Shown here: piece after piece, positions 18,802 to 28,577 of the stretch
Position numbering within the stretch: the first letter of the stretch is position 1
Layout of the letters: each line of letters begins with the position of its first letter
From: a bacterium
Lineage (GTDB): Bacteria > UBA8248
Reading direction: 5' to 3'
Assembly (NCBI GenBank): GCA_965200245.1
Contig: CBDATS010000015.1
Span: 160,001-224,000, forward strand
Length of the DNA stretch: 64,000 nucleotides
Translations under genes and position numbers: made by a program
Notes under the pieces: generated by a model
What the model saw: only the letters and a program-made list of their open reading frames with translations
Databases searched by the model: none
Told to the model about the DNA's origin: nothing

Positions 18802-19677
18802 TCAATCCTCCACCCCGTAGCCGAGCAAGCCTCGCCGCCGGATGGCCAGAATCAGCACGATGATCAGGTAAGGTAGCACCTGCGCCATGCGCGTCGTCAG
18901 GAAATAGGTGCCGACACTCTCGACGATGCCGAAGATATAGGCCCCCAGAAATGCACCGGGCAGACTTCCGAGGCCGCCGATGACGACGATGGCGAAAGCC
19001 TTGGCCACATAGATCAACCCCATTTGCGGATAAATTGTCCACACCATCGCCACCATGGTTCCGCACGCACCCGCGAGCGCGATGCCAAGGCTGAAGGTTA
19101 CCGTCATGACCTGCTTGACGTTGATGCCGCAGGCTTGCGCCAGGTTCCGGTTCTGCGCTGTGGCACGAATGGCCTCGCCGTATGCCGTGAAACGGAGGAG
19201 GGTGAAGAAAGCGGCAAGCAGCAGCAGCGCCAGAACGAAGGCGACGAGATATATCTTGCTGGTGGTGAGAAATCCGACTGTGATCGGCTCGCCCAGGTAG
19301 TCGACCGAACGAAAGGTCGGCGTGAAGACCACCTCCGCTGTGTTCCACAGGATCATGGAGAGCCCGAAGGTCAGCATCATCGGCGGCATCAGCCCGCGGA
19401 CGGCGACGACGTTGATCAGAAAATGCCCCAGTCCGAAGCCGACGGCGAAGAGCACCGCTATGGTGAGGGGCAGTGTCAACAGCGGATTCAGACCGAGGAA
19501 AGCCCAGGCGCCGAAGGTGGTGAAGGCGCCAAGCATCACGAATTCACCGTGGGCCGCATTGACGACCCCGCAGACGCCGAAGATCAGGCTCAAGCCTATG
19601 GCCACCAGTGCGTACATCGTCCCCAAGATGATCCCGAACGCGATCAACTCACCGAGGGCACCGAGGGTTTCGAACAT
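18802..19677 (-). CDS. HAAT ABC transporter permease, LivH-like
   Basis: YALVAIGLSLIFGV..VVNAAHGEF, IRATAQN, IGGLGS. Confidence 0.92.
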   Translation of the reverse strand: MFETLGALGELIAFGIILGTMYALVAIGLSLIFGVCGVVNAAHGEFVMLGAFTTFGAWAFLGLNPLLTLPLTIAVLFAVGFGLGHFLINVVAVRGLMPPMMLTFGLSMILWNTAEVVFTPTFRSVDYLGEPITVGFLTTSKIYLVAFVLALLLLAAFFTLLRFTAYGEAIRATAQNRNLAQACGINVKQVMTVTFSLGIALAGACGTMVAMVWTIYPQMGLIYVAKAFAIVVIGGLGSLPGAFLGAYIFGIVESVGTYFLTTRMAQVLPYLIIVLILAIRRRGLLGYGVED

Positions 19678-19724
19678 GCCGGATTTCCCAAACGAAGGGT
19701 GGTTGGCCGAAGCCGGTGACCCGG

Positions 19725-19771
19725 TGCAGCCTCCGGGAGCCCTCATCAAGGCGAACTCCCGGCAGCCTGCA
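19725..19771. other. Intergenic stem-loop between the substrate-binding gene and the permease
   Basis: TGCAGCCTCCGGGAG ... CTCCCGGCAGCCTGCA imperfect inverted repeat; typical position for an mRNA-stabilising hairpin. Confidence 0.5.
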
Positions 19772-19795
19772 GCGGTTCCGACAGGTCGCTCTCGC

Positions 19796-21082
19796 TTACA
19801 TGGCTTCCCACTTGAACGGGTGCACGAACTTGGCGGAGGCGATCTTGCTCGGGAAGATCACCTCCGGCACAACCTTGCCGTTCTTGATCTGGTTCTGCAA
19901 AGCGAGTCGCGTGCCTCCGACTTGGAGTCCGGAATCGGGATGGCCCAATGGGTTTACCCTGAACCGTCCGAACACGGTGGCGCGGTCGAGCGAGAACATG
20001 ACGTCGCGTATAGCCGAGCGATTCTCCACCGATCCGGCCCGCTTGACCGCTTCCTCGAGAATCTGACAGCCGCCGTATCCGGCAGCCGCGAGCCAGTCGG
20101 GTGCCTTTTTGTATTCTTTGCTAAAGGCGTCGACGAACTTCTTGTTGCCGGGCCAGTCGGCAGTCGGGAGCCACTCGGTGTCGCTGCAATGCCAGGCCGC
20201 GTTCTTCCCGAGCGCCTGATTGAAATCCACGTGGCCGAGAGCGGACATGTACCAGATCGCCTTGGGCGCCCATTTCAACGATAGGGCGGCCTTGGCAATC
20301 AGGATGGAGTCGGCAGAGTATCCGCCGCCGCAGAGCACCTCGGCGCCGGCGTCCCGGGCCTTGCGGACCAGCGGCACCATGTCCTGAATCCCGATGGGAT
20401 AGGCCTCGTCGAGAACGAGATCGAGGCCCGCGGCCTTGATCCGCTTGCGTACACCCTCCGCCGCGGCGATCGGCATAGCGTCGTCGATGTGTAACAAGGC
20501 GACCTTTTTCATCCCGGCGTTCTTGCACATCACTTCCATGCCGGCGAAGCGGTCGCGGCTCGGGACCATGAGTTGCACCTGCCAGTTGAGCTTCTGGCCT
20601 AGCCATATCTTCTGGCTCGAGGCGGTGGCGCTGACAGTAGGAATCTTCGCCGCGGCGACGATGGGCCGCACTGCCAGATTGATGGAACTGGCGTAGGGGC
20701 CGAGCAGCAGATCGACCTTCTGGTTGTGGATGAGATGAAGCATGAGTCGCGCGCCTTGGGTAGGATCGCTCGTATCGTCGAGAATGGTCAGTTCGACCTT
20801 GCGCCCGTCGATGAGCCCGGGCTCACGGTGCGGAAGTTTCTCGTTGCCGTAGCTGTATCCTTTCTCGTTGATATGCTTGGCCCAAAGCTTGTAGCCCTCG
20901 ACGCAGTACAGTGCCTCACGGGAATACCGCCCAGTGAGTGGCATCGGGCAGCCGATTTTGATAGGCTCCGCGGCGCGGGGTGATGTCAGGATTCCCGGTG
21001 CCGCCAGAGAGCCGAGGCCGGCCAAAGGACCAGCGGTCGAATACTTCAGGAACTCACGTCTCGTGATCGTGCTCTTGAACAT
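19796..21082 (-). CDS. HAAT ABC transporter substrate-binding protein with Tat signal
   Basis: TRREFLK twin-arginine motif; IKIG..MPLTG, LLLGPYASS. Confidence 0.9.
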   Translation of the reverse strand: MFKSTITRREFLKYSTAGPLAGLGSLAAPGILTSPRAAEPIKIGCPMPLTGRYSREALYCVEGYKLWAKHINEKGYSYGNEKLPHREPGLIDGRKVELTILDDTSDPTQGARLMLHLIHNQKVDLLLGPYASSINLAVRPIVAAAKIPTVSATASSQKIWLGQKLNWQVQLMVPSRDRFAGMEVMCKNAGMKKVALLHIDDAMPIAAAEGVRKRIKAAGLDLVLDEAYPIGIQDMVPLVRKARDAGAEVLCGGGYSADSILIAKAALSLKWAPKAIWYMSALGHVDFNQALGKNAAWHCSDTEWLPTADWPGNKKFVDAFSKEYKKAPDWLAAAGYGGCQILEEAVKRAGSVENRSAIRDVMFSLDRATVFGRFRVNPLGHPDSGLQVGGTRLALQNQIKNGKVVPEVIFPSKIASAKFVHPFKWEAM

Positions 21083-21467
21083 ATCTGTTCCTCCCTATGA
21101 GTGCGATCGGATCATTACGCTTTGCGGGCCATCACCGACGGGTGTTCAAACGGACGGCATCACGATCCGACTACCTTTCACGCCGCAATTCAAACGCCAA
21201 GCACTTCGTTACGCCCCGCACGATGGATTAAGAAGCCATTATGAATACTACAATGGCACAATAGGGATGAATACAACATGCTATCATAGGGATCCTTCTG
21301 TAGCAAGAGTCAGCGCGGGAGGTTGGAAACCGGTTGCGGATCCAGGGGGGGGGTTGGGGGGAGAGCGGACAGAACGTGTGCTCTCGAAGGATGACGACGC
21401 GCGCAGTGACTACAGGAGAAGCGTTACAGCAATAACCGCATCTTGTGCCCCCCTAGCTTGTTGTTGA

Positions 21468-21481
21468 TATAGTTAACTATA
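21468..21481. promoter_or_regulatory. Perfect 14-bp palindrome (candidate operator) between divergent ABC operons
   Basis: TATAGTTAACTATA. Confidence 0.4.
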
Positions 21482-21610
21482 GTGAATTTATATACCAAAA
21501 CGCCATTCATCCCTTTTGTCTTATGGTATGATCACTTAATACATGTATCATTCTATGCGGCCGACGAGTCATGACACCAATCCCCTGAGAGAAAACGAGG
21601 AGAGATATCC

Positions 21611-22960
21611 ATGACCACCAAGAGAGCAACTTTCTGGATCATTGCCTTCGGGCTCGCCCTGACCATCCTGGCATCACCTTTCGGCGCGGTCGCACTTGAG
21701 AAGAAACTCGTCATCGTGACGTCCTACCCACCAGACACGACGACCACGGTCAAGGCGGCTTTCGAGAAGAAACACCCCGGCGTCAAGGTCGAGATGCTCA
21801 AGAAAAAGACGACGGCCGGTATCAAGTATCTTCAGGAGACCTCCTCCAACAACCGGTCCGACATGTTCTGGGCCTCTGCGCCCGATGCCTTCGAGGTACT
21901 CAAGGGCGACGGTCTGCTGCAGAAATACAAGGTCAAGGTCAAGGGAATCCCCAAGAAGGTCGGCGCCTTCCCGATCAACGACCCCGAAGGGTACTACAAG
22001 GGATTCGCGGCATCTGGCTACGGCATCATGTGGAATACCCGGTATCTCAAGGCCAAGAAACTGCCCGCACCCAGGACCTGGGCCGATTTGGCCAAACCCG
22101 TCTATCACGGCCATGTCGGCATGAGTGCTCCATCACGCTCAGGTACCACGCATCTGACCGTCGAGACCCTATTGCAAGGGAAAGGTTGGGAGAAGGGTTG
22201 GGCCGAGTGGAAGGCCATAGCGGGCAACTTCAAGACCGTTACCGAGCGCAGCTTCGGTGTGCCCGACGGCGTCAATTCGGGTCAGTTCGGCCTTGGCATC
22301 GTGATCGATTTCTTTGGTCTGTCGTCTGAGGCGTCGGGATTCCCCGTCAAGTTTATCTATCCGCCAGTGACGACTCTGGTGCCTGCGAACATCGCTATCG
22401 TCAAGAACGCACCGCATCCCAAGGCCGCGGCAGCGTTCATCGAATTCCTTCTCTCGCCAGAGGGTCAGGAAGTACTGCTTAACCCGAAAATCCGGCGTCT
22501 GCCCGTGAATCCGGCGACCTACGCCAAAGCGCCCGCCGGCTTTCCCAACCCCTTCAAGGACAAGTCCATCGGCGCCGCAGTCAGGTTCGATCTCAAACTC
22601 TCGAAAAACCGTTACAACGTCATCAACTCCCTGTTTGACGTGATGGTCACCTACCGCCTCAGCGATCTGCGTGCGGCAACCAGGGCCATCCAGAGTGCCG
22701 AGGCGAAAATGGGCGGCAAGCCGAACACTGCGGCCAGGAAAATGATCGACGAGGCCAAGGCGTTGGTCGCCAAGGTACCCATCACCGCCGCCCAGGCGAG
22801 TAAAAAGGATTTCAACCGGACATTCAAGAAAAAGCGCAAGAAGACGACCACGAAGGTAACCGGCCGCCAGGCCGAGATCGAACAGGCATGGGACACGGAG
22901 GTCAAGGCCAATTACGCCAAAGCAAGGGCGTTGGCCGAGAAAGCGGCGTCTATGCTCTAG
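21611..22960 (+). CDS. ABC transporter substrate-binding protein (Fe3+/sugar-phosphate family, PgtC-like)
   Basis: Signal peptide; WASAPDAF, SGYGIMWN, PSRSGTTH, RSFGVPDGV, VIDFF. Confidence 0.85.
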   Translation: MTTKRATFWIIAFGLALTILASPFGAVALEKKLVIVTSYPPDTTTTVKAAFEKKHPGVKVEMLKKKTTAGIKYLQETSSNNRSDMFWASAPDAFEVLKGDGLLQKYKVKVKGIPKKVGAFPINDPEGYYKGFAASGYGIMWNTRYLKAKKLPAPRTWADLAKPVYHGHVGMSAPSRSGTTHLTVETLLQGKGWEKGWAEWKAIAGNFKTVTERSFGVPDGVNSGQFGLGIVIDFFGLSSEASGFPVKFIYPPVTTLVPANIAIVKNAPHPKAAAAFIEFLLSPEGQEVLLNPKIRRLPVNPATYAKAPAGFPNPFKDKSIGAAVRFDLKLSKNRYNVINSLFDVMVTYRLSDLRAATRAIQSAEAKMGGKPNTAARKMIDEAKALVAKVPITAAQASKKDFNRTFKKKRKKTTTKVTGRQAEIEQAWDTEVKANYAKARALAEKAASML

Positions 22961-22990
22961 TCTTCACGCGGGGGTCTGGAAGAGGAAAGA

Positions 22991-24706
22991 ATGTCTCTGA
23001 AAGAGGTGGTGCGCGGCCAGTGGGGGCCGGTAGCAGTGGGTCTCATCGTCGGCCTGTTTCTGCTTGCCTTCCTGGTCGTGCCGGTCGCGAATGTGATCTA
23101 CGTCGCGTTCCAGGACCCTAACACAGGTGCGTTGACGCTCATCAACTTCTACGACTTCTTCCGCACCAGCCTGTTCCAGGAATCTTCCATCAATTCGATC
23201 TATGTTGCCTTGATGTCTGTGGTGCTGGCGTCGTGCTTTGCCCTTCCGCTCGCGTTTTTCACGACCCGCTTTCACTTCGGCGGCGCTATCCTCATCCAGA
23301 CCCTCGGCGTGCTCCCCTTGATCATGCCGCCCTTTGTCGGGGCCGTGGCGATGTTGCTACTGCTCGGCGAGAACGGTTCGGTCAACCTGTTGTTGGGTGA
23401 GTGGTTCGGCTTCACCATCCCCTTCATGGAAGGGCTCAACGGTGTCATCCTGGTCGAAAGCATCCATTATTTCCCGTTCATCTTCAGTAACCTTTCGGTC
23501 TCGCTCAGCAACATCGATCGTGCGATGGAAGAATCTGCCCAGAACCTCGGAGCCAGCGGGATGCGCCTGTTCCGGCGCATCGTGTTTCCGCTGGCCATGC
23601 CTGGGTATGTCGCGGGCGCATCGCTGGTCTTCCTGAAGGTTTTTGACGACATCGGCACGCCCCTGTTGCTCAACGTCAACAACATGCTGGCACCCCAGGC
23701 TTATCTGCGCATCTCATCCATCGGCATCTCCGACCCGATGGGTTACGTGATCTCGGTCATCCTCGTCATATTCTCCCTGCTGGCGCTCTGGACCTCGTTT
23801 CTTGCACTGCGAGGAAAGGATTACGCCACTGTGCAGAAGGGCGGGGGCGGATTGATGAAGCGCGACCTGAAACGCTGGGAAAAAGTCGGTTGCTACGGTA
23901 TCGTCATCTTCATCCTGTTGTTGGTGCTTTCGCCACATTTCGGTCTCGCCATCCTGTCTCTCGGCACGGTCTGGTCGTTCAGTGTCCTGCCCGACGCCTA
24001 TACTTTCGCGCATTATCTGCGGGTGCTTTCGAGCTCGTCCGAATTCATCACCAACACACTGCTCTACGCCGGCCTCGCCGCGGCCATTGATGTCGTGTTC
24101 GGCACGGCCATCGCCTACATCGTCTTGCGCACCAATCTGGCCGCCCGGCAATGGCTCGATTACATTGCGATGGGGGCGGTAGCGATTCCGGGTGTGGTGC
24201 TCGGCATCGGCTATCTTCGCACCTTCTATGCGTTCAATGTGCCGATCATCGACAAGCCTCTGGCGTCGTGGTGGATCATCATCGTCGTCGCCCTCGCCAT
24301 CCGGCGGCTGCCCTACGCGCTACGCGCCTGTGTCGCGGCCTTGCAACAACTCAGCGTGATGCTTGAAGAGGCGGCAGAGAACCTGGGCGCCACCAAGGGT
24401 CGTACCATCTATCGTGTCGTCGTGCCGCTGATGTCCGGCGGCATCGTCGCCGGTTTCGTCACCAGTTTCGCCACCGCGTCGGTCGAATTGTCGACGACCA
24501 TCATGCTGGTGTCGCAGGAATCAGACGCACCGCTCGCCTTTGGCATTTACGAGTTTATGCAGTCGGCAGCGGGCCGTGGCCCCGGTGCTGCGTTGGGCAT
24601 CATCGCCGTGGTCATCGTCGGGGTCGCAACTTACGTTTCGCACCGTTTCATCCAGCGCAAAGAGACACGCCAGACGCCAGACATGGCCATTGCTGCGGGA
24701 GTCTGA
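22991..24706 (+). CDS. Fe3+-family ABC transporter permease (FbpB/AfuB-like)
   Basis: Two EAA loops (MEESAQNLGA, LEEAAENLGA); 571 aa, hydrophobic. Confidence 0.9.
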   Translation: MSLKEVVRGQWGPVAVGLIVGLFLLAFLVVPVANVIYVAFQDPNTGALTLINFYDFFRTSLFQESSINSIYVALMSVVLASCFALPLAFFTTRFHFGGAILIQTLGVLPLIMPPFVGAVAMLLLLGENGSVNLLLGEWFGFTIPFMEGLNGVILVESIHYFPFIFSNLSVSLSNIDRAMEESAQNLGASGMRLFRRIVFPLAMPGYVAGASLVFLKVFDDIGTPLLLNVNNMLAPQAYLRISSIGISDPMGYVISVILVIFSLLALWTSFLALRGKDYATVQKGGGGLMKRDLKRWEKVGCYGIVIFILLLVLSPHFGLAILSLGTVWSFSVLPDAYTFAHYLRVLSSSSEFITNTLLYAGLAAAIDVVFGTAIAYIVLRTNLAARQWLDYIAMGAVAIPGVVLGIGYLRTFYAFNVPIIDKPLASWWIIIVVALAIRRLPYALRACVAALQQLSVMLEEAAENLGATKGRTIYRVVVPLMSGGIVAGFVTSFATASVELSTTIMLVSQESDAPLAFGIYEFMQSAAGRGPGAALGIIAVVIVGVATYVSHRFIQRKETRQTPDMAIAAGV

Positions 24707-24708
24707 GA

Positions 24709-25791
24709 ATGACGTCACAAAATGCCGCAGGTGTCGTCATCGAGCGTCTGAGCCTCGCATACGACACGACCGATGTGCTCAAGGACGTCAGTCTATGCAT
24801 CGAACCGGGCGAGTTGTTTACCTTCTTGGGCCCGTCGGGTTCCGGCAAATCCACCCTGTTGCGCGCCATCGCCGGTTTCGGCCCCACGCCCCGGGGGCGC
24901 ATCCTGATTGGTGAGGACGACGTGACGCACCTGCCGCCCTGGCGGCGCAACGTCGGCATGGTCTTTCAGTCCTACGCGCTATGGCCGCACATGACTGTGC
25001 GCAGGAACGTCGCCTTCGGCCTTGAGGAGCGCAAGACACTGGCCTCCGAGATACCCAGGCGTGTCGACGCCGCACTTGAGATGGTCGGGCTTCTGGACCT
25101 GGGAGAACGACGCCCCTCACAGCTGTCCGGCGGACAGCAGCAGAGGGTCGCGTTGGCACGCACCATCGTTGTCGAGCCCCGGGTGCTGCTGCTCGATGAG
25201 CCGCTCTCGAACCTCGACGCCAACCTGCGCGTGCAGATGCGGCGCGAGATACTCGACTTGCAACGGGAATTGAAACTGACCACCATCTTTGTGACCCATG
25301 ACCAGGAAGAGGCCAATACCATATCGGATCGAATCGCCGTTCTTGACGCCGGCATCCTTCAACAGGTGGGCCTGCCCATGGAACTCTACGACGAGCCGAT
25401 CAACCGCTTCGTCGCCCACTTCCTGGGCACCGCCAATCTCATGGACGGACGCATCGAGATTCAGGCCAATGGCGCACGCTTCGTAGGAGTCGGCGGCATG
25501 GTTTTGCCACTGACTGGCGGGGCTCATGGGGCGGGCGAGAATCGAACTGCGATGTTCCGGCCCCAGGACGTGGCCATCGCCGCGCCGGGCGAGACGGTCA
25601 CCGGAACCGCGCTTATCGGCCAGGTGCAGCATCGCGAGTTCCTTGGCAACCTCCTGCGCTACACGGTCGTCATCGGTGAGGATCAGTTGCTGGTCGACGA
25701 TACCCACCACCCGGGCCGACGCGCTTTCGCCGTGGGCGACGATGTCGTGGTGGGTCTCGACGGCGAGCAGGTTCGCATTCTCAAGCCTTGA
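24709..25791 (+). CDS. ABC transporter ATP-binding protein (FbpC/PotA-like)
   Basis: GPSGSGKST, VFQSYALWPH, LSGGQQQR, LLDEPLSNLDA, TOBE-like tail. Confidence 0.93.
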   Translation: MTSQNAAGVVIERLSLAYDTTDVLKDVSLCIEPGELFTFLGPSGSGKSTLLRAIAGFGPTPRGRILIGEDDVTHLPPWRRNVGMVFQSYALWPHMTVRRNVAFGLEERKTLASEIPRRVDAALEMVGLLDLGERRPSQLSGGQQQRVALARTIVVEPRVLLLDEPLSNLDANLRVQMRREILDLQRELKLTTIFVTHDQEEANTISDRIAVLDAGILQQVGLPMELYDEPINRFVAHFLGTANLMDGRIEIQANGARFVGVGGMVLPLTGGAHGAGENRTAMFRPQDVAIAAPGETVTGTALIGQVQHREFLGNLLRYTVVIGEDQLLVDDTHHPGRRAFAVGDDVVVGLDGEQVRILKP

Positions 25792-26240
25792 AACGGCCAT
25801 TCCAGACGCTCGATTCCTGACAAACGAAGCGTCGAATCGGAAAGGATGAAAATTCTGCAAGAGCGTGCACTCCGTTTCTCGTGAGTTTCCTGGAACCGGA
25901 CAGTTCCCGATTCCTGAGTGACTGTGGGGTGACAAGGGCCGATCAATCCGCGGACGCTGGCATCCCGGCTGGAACCGACGCCTGATAAGGTCCTTACGAC
26001 ACTCGCGCTTCGCGAGCCCGGTTTGAGTATCGCGGCGACACCCGACACAGACACGACGCCTGCAACCCCGTCATCTGGCCGATCGCCAGTTGATGAAGAG
26101 CACGAACGTTTTTCCCATCAAAGGGATATGCCATCCTGCATCAGGCTGCACCGGGTGCGCTTGCTTTCCTTCGCCTTCGCGCGCGCTCGTGGTAGGCTTC
26201 GCCCCGGATGAATGGTTGAATTCTCTTCAAGAGGACAACG

Positions 26241-27239
26241 ATGCGCATGCGCACCTTGGGAAAGACGGACATTTCGGTTTCCGAAATAGGTTTCGGTACG
26301 GGCGGAATCAGCCGCCTGATGGTGGGCGACGACCACGAGTTGCAGCTTCGCGCGGTGCGCGGTGCGCTGGACGGCGGGGTGAACTTCTTCGATACGGCGA
26401 TGGGCTACGGGAACGGGAAATCGGAGGTCAACCTGGGTGCCACGCTCAGGAAACTGGGGGCGGACATCGTGCTCACGACGAAGATCCGTCTCACCGCCGA
26501 GGAGCGCGAAGCACCCCGAAAAGCGGTAGTTGCCTCGGTGGAGAAGAGTCTCGAACGGTTGGGCCGGCCTTATGTCGATCTGATCCAGATCCACAACTAT
26601 GTGGCTCCCGGGAGGGATTGGCCCGTGGGGGAGGTGGTGTTCGATCTATCCGATATTTTCGGTGCAGGTGGCGTGCTCGACGGCTTCAGGGAGTTGCGCG
26701 ATCGGGGCCTCGTGCGCTTTTTCGGTTTCACCGGCATCGGGCACCCCGCCGCGTTGGCCGAGATGATCGACAGCGGCGAGTTTCAGGCGGTGCAGGCGTA
26801 TTTCAATTTACTCAACCCCAGTGCGGCCTATCCTGTGCCCGAGGATTTCAGCGCGGTGGATTACGGTCTGCTCATAGCGCGTGCCGCGAAACTCGGTATG
26901 GGGGTACTGGCGATTCGCGCCCTGGCACTTGGCGCGCTCACCGCCGAACCAAATCTGCTGGGTTTTCTCGATGAATGTCCGCCGGTTCTCTCGCCAGGTT
27001 CTGAGTATGACAAGGATGTGACGCGCACCGAGAAGATCTCGTTTCTGGTTCGGGAGGGGCGCACGCTGGCTCAGTCGGCCCTTCAGTTCGTCCTGATGCA
27101 CGAGGAAGTCTCCTGCACTCTGGTGGGCTTTTCGAGTGAAGGGCAACTCACAGAAGCGCTTTCCTGCGTCGGTGCAGGGCCACTGGCCGAAGACGAGATG
27201 GAGCGCCTTGGGGATATTTGGGAAAACGATTTCGCCTAG
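26241..27239 (+). CDS. Aldo/keto reductase
   Basis: LGKTDISVSEIGFG, FFDTAMGYG, TK, SLERLG..YVDLIQIH. Confidence 0.92.
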   Translation: MRMRTLGKTDISVSEIGFGTGGISRLMVGDDHELQLRAVRGALDGGVNFFDTAMGYGNGKSEVNLGATLRKLGADIVLTTKIRLTAEEREAPRKAVVASVEKSLERLGRPYVDLIQIHNYVAPGRDWPVGEVVFDLSDIFGAGGVLDGFRELRDRGLVRFFGFTGIGHPAALAEMIDSGEFQAVQAYFNLLNPSAAYPVPEDFSAVDYGLLIARAAKLGMGVLAIRALALGALTAEPNLLGFLDECPPVLSPGSEYDKDVTRTEKISFLVREGRTLAQSALQFVLMHEEVSCTLVGFSSEGQLTEALSCVGAGPLAEDEMERLGDIWENDFA

Positions 27240-27264
27240 GGCAGGGCGAATCGATCGCCGAATT

Positions 27265-28512
27265 ATGGAAAACCCGGAAAAAACGCGCATCAGTCAGGCG
27301 TCCCTGTGGGCGTTGAGTTTTTCTCAACTTCCCATCATGCTGGTATATGCCAACTATCCGACGGCCATCCCGATTCTGAAAGCGGAATGGTTCCTCACCA
27401 ATGCGGATGCCGGTTCCATCTATTTCGCGTTCTATGTGGGCTACGTCGTCGCATCCGCTGTCCTCACCGGAGCGACGGATTATTTTAACGCGAGAACGAT
27501 ATATCTGTTCTCGGCGGCCTGGCTCGGCCTAACGAACCTCATGTTTCCCTTTTTCGCTGAGGGTTTGTGGACGGCGGCGCTTCTGCGATGCGCCTGCGGC
27601 GTGGGGCTGGCGGGCGTGTTCGGGCCGGGACTTCGTATCGTGGCGGAACATGCCTCACCGGCCTTGAGGGCGAAGATGGTCTCGGGCTACGCCTTTTTCT
27701 TCACCTTCAGCGTATCGGTCTCGATGTTCCTCACGGGTTATCTGCTTCCCGATTTCGGCTGGCGTTTCACGTTCGCCGCAGGTTCGCTCGGCCCCGTCGT
27801 TGGCGTGCTCATGGTGCTGCTCTGGGTGCCGGATCCCGGCAGGGACGAATCGGGGGGAGGGGAGAAATTCGCCTTCCCGCGCCTGCCGCTCAGGTGCTGG
27901 GTACTCATCGGTTCCTACGTGATGCACAGGTGGGAAATGTTTGCCTTCAGGGGCTGGGGCGTCACTTTTCTGGCTTCGGCGTTCGTGTCGCACGGTCTGC
28001 CGAGAGGAAACGCCGTCGACAATGCCGCGACGGCGCTGGCGTTCATGATCGCGATTTCCGCCTTTTCGAATTTTATCGGCGCCTGGTCGGCAGACAGGTA
28101 TGGGCGGCTCCGGAGCATCGGTGGGAGTCTGTTCTTTAGCGGCGCGATGGCCTATGGGGTTGGCCTTCTGTTTCATTCGCCTATCCCTGTTCTGTTGCTC
28201 GTGGCACTTGTCTGGGCGGTGACGATGGCCGTCGATGCCTCCATCTTTCTGACCGTGATGAGCGAAATAGCTCCCAAGCGTCATCTGGGCACGGCGCTGG
28301 GTTGCCTTGCCGGATTTGGTTTTCTCTTTGGAGCATTATCCTCCATCGAGGTAGGCTACATTCTCGACATTACGAACCCAGGCTCCAGCGGCGAGGTTTT
28401 GCCCGTCGAGTGGACGGCCGCCTGGGCTTCGGTTGGTGTGGGGGCATGGATCGGCCTGGGCGGCATCTTCTGGCTTTCCCGTATAATGAGAAGGCGGGCG
28501 CAGGATGGTTGA
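27265..28512 (+). CDS. MFS transporter
   Basis: About 12 TM helices; GAWSADRYGRLR motif A. Confidence 0.88.
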   Translation: MENPEKTRISQASLWALSFSQLPIMLVYANYPTAIPILKAEWFLTNADAGSIYFAFYVGYVVASAVLTGATDYFNARTIYLFSAAWLGLTNLMFPFFAEGLWTAALLRCACGVGLAGVFGPGLRIVAEHASPALRAKMVSGYAFFFTFSVSVSMFLTGYLLPDFGWRFTFAAGSLGPVVGVLMVLLWVPDPGRDESGGGEKFAFPRLPLRCWVLIGSYVMHRWEMFAFRGWGVTFLASAFVSHGLPRGNAVDNAATALAFMIAISAFSNFIGAWSADRYGRLRSIGGSLFFSGAMAYGVGLLFHSPIPVLLLVALVWAVTMAVDASIFLTVMSEIAPKRHLGTALGCLAGFGFLFGALSSIEVGYILDITNPGSSGEVLPVEWTAAWASVGVGAWIGLGGIFWLSRIMRRRAQDG

Positions 28513-28577
28513 ATTCCTTATGGGAAGCCGATAGGCTCCCGCGCCAGCGAGGTAGATTCGCATATTCGGGCGCGGAC

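Noticed and set aside
25792-26240. 450-nt intergenic region as pseudogene or riboswitch
   Set aside because: No recognisable protein remnant or RNA motif in the frames inspected
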